Positions 38,701 to 50,700 of a stretch of DNA of 64,000 nucleotides are shown here, piece after piece. The notes beneath the pieces are model-generated. The model was given only the letters and a program-made list of their open reading frames with translations. It had not been told where the DNA came from and did no database searches. The position numbers and the translations under genes were made by a program. Numbering within the stretch: the stretch's first letter is position 1; the number at the start of each line of letters is the position of its first letter. This DNA comes from Lytechinus pictus (lineage: Eukaryota), in the NCBI RefSeq assembly GCF_037042905.1, contig NC_087248.1, forward strand, positions 20,956,001-21,020,000, written 5' to 3'.

Positions 38701-41700
38701 CAGTGTGCAGAATTTAACAATCAAGGTTGACATGGCAGTTTACAGTAATGATTATGTTACCACAATTGTAAATCTTTATGAAACCAGCCCCTGAACTTGA
38801 ATGAAATATAATCAAATGTCTCCAACTTCTTATCTCGTCCTTCGTTGATTCAGTTGTGCTTGGTGAAGATGATACTGATCATCTAACCGATATCACAAGT
38901 GCTGGGATCTTGAAGGCAGAAGGTCGTAAGTCACGCCAGGGTTCAGCTAGTAGTCTCCGCTCAGGGAGAAGCACAGGTAAATAGTATAAAATAATACACA
39001 TCATTGAGGGCATTATAACAAATTATATGCACAAGGTGACCTTACAACAGTTTGGAATGTTTCAAAGGTAACAAGTATTGGGTAATTATTCAAATGCCGA
39101 AGTACAGTGATGTGTATTATGAGATAGTAATATACGTTTTATGAGATAATGATGTGGATATTTATTCTTTGATAATCCGTCCTCAGTTCAAAACCATTAC
39201 CGTTGAATGGAATCTGGGCCCGTCTTACAAAGAGTTACGATTGATCAAATCAATCACTATGGAAAGCCAGCAACTTCAACATCTAAAACACATTTGTTCA
39301 AATTATTTTCTAGATATTATATATATTCATACATTTATAGTTTTCTTTTAAATTCAGTGAGCTTCTCTTTGTTTATAAAAGACAATGGACAAATTTCCTG
39401 AAGAAAAAAATTATGACATTGATCGATGTCCATATATTTGAGGTTGATCAGATCAATCGTAACTCTTTGTAAGACGGGGCACAGGTCATGTGATAAATGT
39501 TTGCCAACTATTTGCCAAGGGTTCATATCACCATTAACTTTCATCAAGCAGTGATATTTTGGACCCGGCCCAATTTCATGAAAATTTGATATCATTCACA
39601 ATTGCCTGAATTCTGTTTTTTTTCAAGCAGCATTGTTTTGGAGCAGCCCAGTGTCATGAAACATGATACCACTCATATCTCCTACCATTTAATGTCAAAT
39701 GTGCTGGTGACCAATCGTATGGTATGATTTCATGAGCTTGTAACAGTGAACAAGTTTTATGAAACAGGGCCCTGATTCACAAATAACAATTAATACCTAA
39801 TTTTGATCAACTACAATTGATTACAGTTCAGTATATTTACATTCTTATGATTGGAGAGTTGTTTATTCTTTGAATTTTTTTACCTGGGCCCTGTCTTCAA
39901 GCACAAACTGAGAATGATCTCAAATGTGTACCGAAGAGGTTGGTAAACAATCAAACCTGATTTGAGTTTGGTTTGTATTTATCGCAGCTCTTGGTAAGAC
40001 AGGGTCCCAAATGCAGACATGCCAACCGTTCCCTTTTTTTGGTATGAGTTGTTCTTTTTTAAAATTTCCTATCACAGAGTATGTATTATCCGAGTTAGCG
40101 CCGGTCTGACAGTCCCAGACCGGTAAAAATCTCTGTCGGGCCAGTAACTTATTGCATGAAAAGAACAAGTAAATTCTTGCCTACAAGCGCATGTTTAAAA
40201 GGGTGAATTATCAAGTTTTCAAGTAGGCTACAGTCATTTCACATGGTTTTTCACCAATCTCACTACAACAGGCTGGCGATTATTACGTTGAGACAAATTT
40301 TTTTAAATACTCTGTTTTTTTGTCAATTTTTTTTTTTTTCCTTCTAAGAATACTTTTTTTTGTTGTAGAAGGTTGGTAGTTCTGCAAATGCCCTTTTTAG
40401 AGTGTTCATTACTTCCTGCATGATGGGTTATCTTATGATGTCATTATACTTATGTAAGGAAGCTACAGATGAAAATTGTATAGCCCAATTACTGTTCATC
40501 CCGCATGGCAGATTAAAAGAATATTTCCTTAATCAATCGGAAAATTATTGAAGCTCTCTGAATTCTTTGACCCATATTCTGAAGTCAGGTTTAATTTAAA
40601 CTCTGGTTTTAAGTTGTGGTTTAACTATGGGAGGCCAGTTGTTACATAAATCTATAACAGTTGAGGTTCAATGTATCAGCTCATTTGACTCCCAAAACAT
40701 TATTAACTGCCTGGGAAGGATAAGTATGACAGTTGTCTTCACCATTAAAGAATCAGTAAAGAGCAAAGTAAACATGAGGTATCATAGGCCTAATTCATAT
40801 CCCATAGACTCGTGTGTTAAAGTGGCACTTAAAAAAAATCATAAAAAATAAGGAGGAAATTCGAGGGTTGAATATATACTACCAGTGGACAGGATATATG
40901 TCTGAGACCAGAAAAGGGTACCTCGACCAGCTCATTTTGAAAATAAATCGGCATTTATGAAGACTACACCTGACAGGATCAAATTCATCACTTGAGAGAG
41001 TAAAATGGCCCTAATTCTTCCGCAAGTAAAAAAAATAGTTCCAAAGTAGTGATATATCTTTCCAATTTGGAAAAAGGAAGTTCAGTAGGTACCCTCCCTA
41101 GAATCAGTGTTAGATTGTCAATCATATTAATTCATTTTTGTCAATCAGCAATATCAAATTTCAAAATTGAGCAATGGGTTGGCTCGAATGAATATCTTTG
41201 GCCTGCCAGTTGTAGTTAGGCCCGTGTGACCTTTAGGTATCACAGGCCTAATTCATTTCCCATAGACTCGTGTGTTAAAGTGGCACTTAAAAAAATCATA
41301 AAAAATAAGGAGGAAATTCGAGGGTTGAATATTTACTACCAGTGGACAGGATATATGTCTGAGATTCCATATCTGACCAGAAAAGGGTACCTCGACCGGC
41401 TCATTTTAAAAATAAATCGGCATTTATGAAGACTACACCTGACAGGATCAAATTCATCACTTGAGAGAGTAAAATGGCCCTAATTCTTCCGCAAGTAAAA
41501 AAATAGTTCCAAAGTAGTGATATATCTTTCCAATTCGGAAAAACGAAGTTCAGTAGGTACCCTCCCTAGAATCAGTGTTAGATTGTCAATCATATTCATT
41601 CATTTTTGTCAATCAGCAATATCAAATTTCGAAATTGAGCAATGGGTTGGCTCGAATGAATATCTTTGGCCTGCCAGTTGTAGTTAGGCCCGTGTGACCA

Positions 41701-44700
41701 TGAGAAGCATTCACTGTAAAGAAAATTTTGAAACGTTTGGCTTCCCATAATTTTAGCACAGAGTTAGACCATGGTCTAAGTTAAACCCGACTTCAGAATA
41801 CGGGCCAATACATTCAAACCTGTCTATAAGGTCACCCAAGGGGAAACATTAAAAGTGGCTACTGAAGTTGGGTGGTTTCTATAGACAGGTTCATTAACAA
41901 AATTCCTTTCAATCAGGAGATAGTTTTGATGGCCACTAAACACAGGTTTAACTATAGACGGGTGGCCGCTATTAGACAGGTTTGACTCTGATTATAAATA
42001 TTTTCATTTGTGTTACAATAATTTTTTATGAAAAGTATTTGAATCAACATGCATAAAAGATATTGGCTCATATCCTGAACACTGGTGTAAATTAAACCAT
42101 GGTCTAAGTCTGGCCTAGAATGTTAAGAAGCTAAATATCCCCAAAATCTGAAAAAATTATATTCCTTGAGTGTTAACTGAGTTTTCCAATTAATAATGAG
42201 GGGAAATTATTGCCATGTTCATATCCAGACAGTTTGAAAATGATTTGAGTGTCAAATTTGATTATAGACTGACCATCTGGAGAAAGAGATTGTTTCACAG
42301 TTGGCTGTTTATAGTTAAACCATACCATGGTTTCAGATAAACAGAAGGTCAGAATACGGACCAATGCATACATGATTTTAATCTCATTTTCATTTTTGTT
42401 TATTCGTCATATTTTCGCCAGGGCGTCCCTCCAGTGCTGGTATTTATGATTTTGTATGCTTGAGTTGGTGGCATGGTGCTTTATATTCCATCATTATATC
42501 ATTGCATGCACCTTGATGTTTTGATCCCTGGTGTTTAGCAAGTGTTATTGCCCCTTGATGTTTTATCATAGAGACAATGTGTGATTTAGAGTTTGGTGTT
42601 GATATTGGTGTTGGTGTTAAAGAGCATACATGTTGATACATTTGCTGATTCTATAGCACTGAAATATTATACCAATCTCGTCATTACTAGCTTGAAACCT
42701 AGTATAGTCATGTGAATCCCAGTGTCAGTTGCATTTCAGATTTGGGTGTTTGACCCAATTAACTTAACACCAACACTTTCAACACCAAAAGAGAAATCTC
42801 TCAATATTATAAATTTACCAGATTTACAGCAAGATGGGTTTATACATTGGTGCTTACTCCCTTTTGTAAGCTTATACCGTAGTATTTAAGGTGTTAATCT
42901 CTTCATTGTGCAGTGATACCACATGAATATTTAATGTTCGGAAAGTGTTACTATCCCTGACACCAGTTTTAACACCAAAAGTGATAGCATGTGCATTTGA
43001 CAGCAATCTGGTTTCATTGGTGCTTCATTGGTGCTCCCATTTGCTGATTCCATGTTTAGGACTAACTGCAATGCAAATTCCATTTTGAAGTATAATTTGG
43101 TGTTTACAAAGTGTTATCCGCCAACACCAGGTTATAACACTTAAAATCAAATCAGTCAGTATAAAATTCATTATTGCCAGCAAGGTGGGATTATTGGTAT
43201 TTGATCTGTACTAAAGTTTAGCTATGGTGTTAAAAAAATCATACTGTGCAACGAGAATGCAACTTTGGTATTTGTTGTGAATTTAGAAAGTGTTTTCAGT
43301 TTAAAACCTGCACCATCTTTCAACACAGAAAGTGAAATCACAGAATACCACATCACAGTTTTAGCAATGTAGGTTTATTGGCACTTGACATGGTGTTTAG
43401 CCGATACAAGGTGTAAAATATGACCATTTGGTGTTCACAAAGTGTTATCCTTCCTTATTCCAGTAGCTTACATTTCCATATTTCCCATAATCAAAGATAC
43501 AACAGATTGTAGAAGCTATACACTTTAAATGGTTTGTGTTTCATATTTTTCATGCAACCTGCGAAACAGTTTTAACACCATATCATATTCACTGCATTGG
43601 GTTTAGTGGTGTTTGGAATTTTATTGCATCCATATGAAACTGATAATATTGAATCTTCAATATTCTCATATACCCCTCTTGGTGGCTGTTTCATGAAGTT
43701 GTTTGTAAGTTACGCATGATTTTATGCATGACTAATGCCCCTTTGTGCTAAATGATGTACCTCTACGTAGCTGACTTTAGTATCTGTCCCAGTTGTGTGT
43801 AAAGTTTTACTTGTTCCAGTTGTGCATAGAATCATGCCTGAAGTTGTGCGTAAAGTTGAGCGCAAAGTGGTTTATAACTTTACAAACAGTTTTGTGAAAC
43901 ACCACCCTCATTCTCCAGCCTCCCATTTCCATTCCTTACCTCCTTATTTATGCTTTGACGTCGTTGCGCCGTCATCTTGGAGGCTGAAGCCATCTGCAGC
44001 ATCTCTGACAAGATCTGTTCATGTGTATTCCTATAGCCTTTGTGGGAGTTCGCTATGAGATTATGGCGTCACATGCATAAATCTATTCTAGCATGCCATA
44101 CCCCTCTTTCTCCCTGCTCCTAATCACCACCTACCTCCCCACCATCTCACTTTTGGCCCTACCCTGCCATCTCCTCAATCTCTCCCATCATGGACCTATT
44201 ACAAATGGACATTCAACGAATCCCCTCCTTTCGGCCGAAGACCGTCACCGCTAATCCTTTTATAAACAGAGCGCTGGCTGCTGACGCCCATCAAGCCGGT
44301 CGTAAAACACGCTGTCACTGATGGACAGCGGAAATCAATTGTACGCTGCTCCTACCCATTGCGATGTTGTTCGTTCACTTTATCAAAAGCAACACACAGC
44401 AGCGAACATTAGCGCTATAAAAATGATTGCAGAAACAAGAGAACAGGCGTGCATAAACGTATTTTTTACGTACATCGCAAACAACCGCACACAAAATGCA
44501 TTGACATCACCGTGCAGATCAGTATATCTACAGCAAAAAAGCAGTTAAAATTTGACGTAGAAATGTGCGAAAAAACATTAAAAATGCATCTTTTTCGGAC
44601 AGTATTGATGTCGATAGTAGCGCTTACCTTCGGTCAGAAGTTGATTTTCATTTGGGCGTAAAATTCCAGAGGATTGGCAAAATTTAATAGGATTTTTTTC

Positions 44701-47700
44701 TGATGATCAGACGACAATTGCACAGTATTGACAGCGTGAAATAATGTATTGAAAACCGGAAATAAATTGCGCATTGCATTATAGGTAATGCAGGGAATTT
44801 CCCTGATCGCAGCAATCAAGCTTACATGACCGCATCTGGTCGAAAGAGGGCCAGAGATCAAGCGGTGACTGTCAATGTCAATGAGAAGGGATTGAGTAAA
44901 CAACCGCCCCGGGCGCTCGTCGTAAAAAAAGCGCAAAGAGAAAGTTAACTGTGAGACAGCAATTTTGACAGCTGGAAACAGGTGGTGGCCATAAAATGCT
45001 CTTGTTGAATGTCCATTTGTAGTAATAGGTCCATGCTCCCATGCACTACCACCCATCCCCTCCCCTTCTCTGCCCCCCCCCCCCCACAGCGATCTCCCAC
45101 TGAATCTCCTAATAACAATAATTATTTCTAATATTGTTACGTAGTAATGTGCTATAATAATGCTTGACTGCTTTGAATGTGAATGGTAATTGATTTTGTA
45201 AATATGTATGTTTAGAGTTTTATAACCTGATTTAGGGTATTGATGGACATATATATTCTGGACCTTAATTCCATTCAACCCCTCCCCCCAAGAAAAAAAT
45301 TGATAAATGAATAAATAAAATTAAGTGAATGAGTGGATGAATAAATGAAATAAGTAAAAATGAATTAATAAATAAAAATCAAATAAAAACACATTAAATT
45401 CATTGGATGATTAAACTCCAGCACTGCATTGTTTACTTAGCCATACAACTACCTGAGGTATTCAAATGTGGGTTTTAGTTTTAAACGAGGGATTTTCATC
45501 ATAAGAAAATGGCAAAATGATATTCATTGTATGACACTGTAAAATGGTGATAGCATTAATAATGACATGACCTTTCCTATTTGCATTCTATAGTCCACTT
45601 TGAGAAAGACGCATCTGGACAGCCCATCATCCCACCCAAGGACCCCGCTCCACCTTCGGACACCCCTCGGGATGCCCAGGGTGAGGTCAAGAACGAGATG
45701 GAGGGGTCCAAGGATGCTGCAGGAAGACCTGGTTCCAGTAAGAGTAACATCAGCATCCACGATGTGATCGGCGATACCCAGCTGAGGAACCTCGATGCCT
45801 GGTGTTATGCCGAACATTTTGAGCCACATGTTCTTATTCAGGTTAGTATAGACCTTATGCATAATTGATGTCATTACGCCGCCATCTTTAGAGGCTGAAG
45901 CCATGGACTTGCATGCGTTGTTGATCTGTAGCTGGCGCATCTCTGACAAGTTTGCTTACGCATATTCCGATATCCTCTGGTGGAGGGCACTGGCATTGTA
46001 CCACTTTATGGACAACTACTACTGCAAGATATACAGTATGCCATCAATCGTTACCCTTCTTTTCAGATAGATTCTTTAAGAGGTGTTTGAGATGTACCCC
46101 TTTATAGACTCCTACACCTTACACTCAGTTTATGATAACCCTTCTTTTTTTTAACACATCATTTTAGTAGGCGCATGAGATGTACCCCTTCTTGGACACC
46201 TACTACCACAAGAGGAACCACACCATCAATCATCACCCTTCTTTTTTGACAGATTCTTGATTTTAATTAGGTGCATAAGATGTACCCCTTCGTAGACACC
46301 TACACCTTACACTCGGTTTATCATTTCCCTTCTTTTTCAAACAGATCCTTGAAGAGGCACGAGAGATGTACCCCGTCATGGACACCTACTACCACAAGAG
46401 GAACCACACCATCAATCATCACCATTCTTTTTGGACAGATTCTTAATCTTAATGAGGTGCATAAGATGTACCCCTTCATAGACACTTACACCTTACACTC
46501 AGTTAATCATTACCCTTCTTTCACTAACAGATCCTTGAGGAGGCACGAGAGATGTACCCCTTCATGGACACCTACTACCACAAGAGGGACCACACCCTTC
46601 TGGTAGTCATGCACAATCCGGTAGGCCCGGAGCTGAAAAACACCCAGCCCTGGGACGCCAAGCTACATTCTGACGTGGGATTCAGGTAAGGGAAGCTTTC
46701 GGTGGAAATTTATGAAGAGATAGGCCGCTGTACAACTTATAACTAGTCTACCATCTGATCTACAAGTTGATAGCTTGAAATAGGAAAAAAAGAGTGAGTT
46801 AGAGTGAATATGAAAATTAAAAAAATAAGGAAAACTTCCTGGACAGGAACAATTTCAGTGATTTGAATGAAACAACCTATTGAATGTTTCTCTATTCTTA
46901 TGAATATTACCTTTTATATCTTTAATCATTTATCTAAATCATATAATTCAATTTGGATACTGTATAATATAACATAAATATATGTATTTATAAACATATA
47001 TATAATGTAAGTTTTAATAATATTGGGTGATTATATTTTTTTATTTAACTTTTTTTTCTGGGTTTGTAAAGGAATTATATGGAGCATGTAGCAGACAACA
47101 TCTCTAACTGGGTGAACGATGAAGAGGCTAAATACCAAGCAGAGATGCGAGAAAAGGAACTAGCTAAACAGAGGGAACTAGCCCTGTCTAGAGCCTCTAC
47201 CCCAGCCCCATCTAGACCTACCAGCTCAAAGGCTAGTAGGAAGGGAACCGCCAAGAAGTCTAGGTCAAAGTCACCAAAAGGTAGGCTCAGGTGAAATCAG
47301 TTTTAATTGTTGGATTAATGAAATATTTAATTGTAGTCATTTATCTTAATCAATGTGGATCATTAGATTTCTTGCAGTGTTTTGCAGTATATATTACCCC
47401 AAAATACTACAGGTACCTCAGAAGTTACAGGGGAGAGGGACCCCAAGATACTTTCATTTTAGATAGAATGCCATTCATATTTGCATCAGGATGTAATATG
47501 TATACACGGAGCTCAGTTCAGCCTCTTGCCAAATGTATAATGAATGTAGCAATAGTCACGGTTAGTATACACAATGTATGTGGGAGCGTGTTGGAGGCAG
47601 TGCAGCACGTTTGAAGGGCTTTGCAATGATGTGACAAGCACAGTGTAAGAACTGAGTGCTTTTGCAAAATATGTTGAAATTTAAGTTCAGTGTTGGTGTT

Positions 47701-50700
47701 GATTGCCTTGATGATAGAAGCACAAGTTTGATTGCCTTCCTTAGCTCTAACACCTAATGAATAATTTAAATAATATAATTGCTCAATACCTAGTGAAATT
47801 CATCTGAGGACCAGCTACATGATGCAGCATGAATACCCAGGATGCCTGCAGTGCTGTTGGCAACACAAACTTCAACCTGTGCATTACTTGTTTTATAAAC
47901 ATGCATTGCTTTTTATGGAATTGCCAAACTGTCATCTACTTTGGTCATTCTTATAATCATATACTCATATGAGTGTGGTCATATGACCTCTTTGTTACAG
48001 GTCGACATAGCACCAGTCCTGCTCAGACTGTCCTACTTACATAGTGAAACTTCCCCCTGGTTAATTTACCTATACAATAAAAGCGGTTGATTGTTGTCTT
48101 TCTACAGTATAACTTAGCGCCAGTCCCACTAAGAGTGTCCCAGTTTCACTGTGAAAACAATGTGAAACTTTTGATAATAGCTGTTGATTGTTGTTATTGT
48201 TACAGGTCGACGTAGTGCCAGTCCCGCCCAGACTGTGGACCACCTGGATCCAAACAGCAAGCAGTTCATGAGACCAGGATCCATGAAGGCCTGGAAGGTA
48301 GAACAAGATAAGGTCCGTGAGGAGGAGGAGAGGAAGAGATTGGAGAAGGAGAAGAAGGCCGGCCGCAAGTCTGCGAGGTCCAGGTCACGGTCCGCTTCAC
48401 CAGTGAAGAAAGTATGTTTTCATTTGTTTTATTGAGTGAAAAGCTTTGCATTTGTTCAGTAATCATATTTGCATCCGTATGATTTCTTTTGTTCTCTTTT
48501 TCTTTCCTGTAATACATATATGTACGCATATAAGAATAAGTCTACTCTACTTTCTTCATTTCCAAGGGGGATCCACACTTTACAAGCTTTGCTTTTTAGT
48601 GGATCCCCCTCATTTCCATTTATGCTCTATATTATACTGTTTTTTTTTTTTTTTTTTACGAAGTAAGAATGCCCTTCTGTAAAATTGTACTTGATTTGTA
48701 TTACTTTATATTACTTTGTATTATGTTTTGAATGGAAATGAAATAAAAGAATTGAATTGAATTGAATTGAATTGAATTGAGTCTCGTATGCATAAAGTCT
48801 ATCTTTATGTATAAAAGATAGCCCTTCCCTTTCCGTTTTCAAAAGGAGACTAAAATCATATTCAAGGAGGTCGGAGGTCACATGATAAGGTCAAAGGTCA
48901 TTTTCAGGTCAACGTTAAAGTTTACATGCAAGAGTCTCTTATGACACCTAACTCCGCAACCGTAAGTCGCTTTTCAACCAAACTTGGATTGTAGATGGAC
49001 TTGGGGGACCTGCATGTTATGCTGCAGTCGGAGGTCACATGATAAGGTCAAAGGTCATTTTCAGGTCAACGTTAAAGTTTACATGCAAGACTCTCTTATG
49101 ACACCTAACTCCGCAACCGTAAGTCACTTTTCAACAAAACTTGGATGGTAGATGTACTTAGACGACCTGCATGTTATGCTGCAGTCGGAGGTCACATGGT
49201 AGGGTCAAAGGTCATTTTCAGGTCAACATTAAAGTTTACGTGCAAGGCTCTTATGACAAGTGTAATTCCATCCCAGTCATTTCACAATGAAGTTTTGATA
49301 CAATTCAGTTGCGTGCCCTCGCAAATCATGATATTTCTGGTTATTTTCATAAGTGGGCGAGATACAAAATCGCTTTTGCCTTGTTTGTATTTTGTTCTAT
49401 TGGTGGCAGCACCAATAAGGCTTCTCTGCCTTCTAAGTTGTCTCCTCGTTTCATAAATTATTGCTATTTCTTGTATATTCCAATATGTTTTGTAAATGTT
49501 GTTTTTAATATGAACAAAATAAATGCATATGAATGAATGAATGAATAAATAAATAAATATGGTGAGATTAGCTCAGTAACATTCTTCAAAGATCAGAAAT
49601 TGTATGAGAAATGTATGGTGTATGGAATGGTCATTAACTGCTAGTAACAACGGAAAAAATGAAATCTTCCCAGAAAACTATAGATAAATGAAATGATATC
49701 TGCCATATAATTTTAAAAGAAATGTATAATTACAGAGTGTTTATGAAGATCAGAAAAATTACTGAAAAATACCTTAGTTTCCTTTTAAAGTGCGGTCCCA
49801 CATGTCGTTTCCTGTGTTAGCTACACAAGGAAATGCATGTGGTAATGAAGTGAATATAATTTCAAACAAGCCTAAATCATTATAATGAAAATTTATTGTT
49901 CTAAATAAGCATTCTTGCATATGGGTCATTCCATGGGGTTGGGGCAAAAATTGTGACATCAGGGTCAAAAAATAGAAATGTAATAAATGAAAAGTTTTTT
50001 TTCTTTTATGTTTCATGGGACAATTCTTCAACTAAATCCACTTACAGGCATTTCATACCACCCTGCATATTTGAGTAAATTGCGAAACAAGATTTGGCAA
50101 AATACCACCGTTACACGGACATCATTTATCATCCTTACTTAGACTATACTCTCCTACTGTCAAAATAAAAGGGTTGATCTCAATTCCTCTTAATAAATAT
50201 TTTGCTAACAACATTTTTAGTCAATTTATTCCACATTTTCCAACATGGCATATATATTTTGAAAGATTTAGCATCAATAAATGGAACTTGATGCTCTGTG
50301 TGTATACCAGTGCCATGTTCTGTGTCGTTCTTTTTTCTCACCAGTCAAGAAAATTCAATTTATGATGGCATGTAGAACTAAATAGTTGACAGAAGTCATG
50401 CCTCAACAGAATGGAATATTCTTTTTGGAAAAACTCAACTACTCTTTCTGGCCTAACCTTCTATTTTTGGTGTTACCACCGTTACATGGACATCATGTCT
50501 CTGTAACAGAGGTATAATTTGAAGCATTGTAAGTTAAGGTCCATTAATGGTCATCACATACCAAATTACACTTTCTGCCTTCAATTATTTGCACAAGATC
50601 AATTGATTATATTAGAAAAAAAACATTTTGCATGTCAAATTATTTGCAAATAAAAGAAATTTAAATTAGAGTTTAAACAAAGAAAAATTTACAAAATTAT

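Noticed and set aside
46271-46606. 111-aa ORF as an extended exon 14
   Set aside because: It crosses repeat units out of frame with SPAG17 and stops inside exon 14
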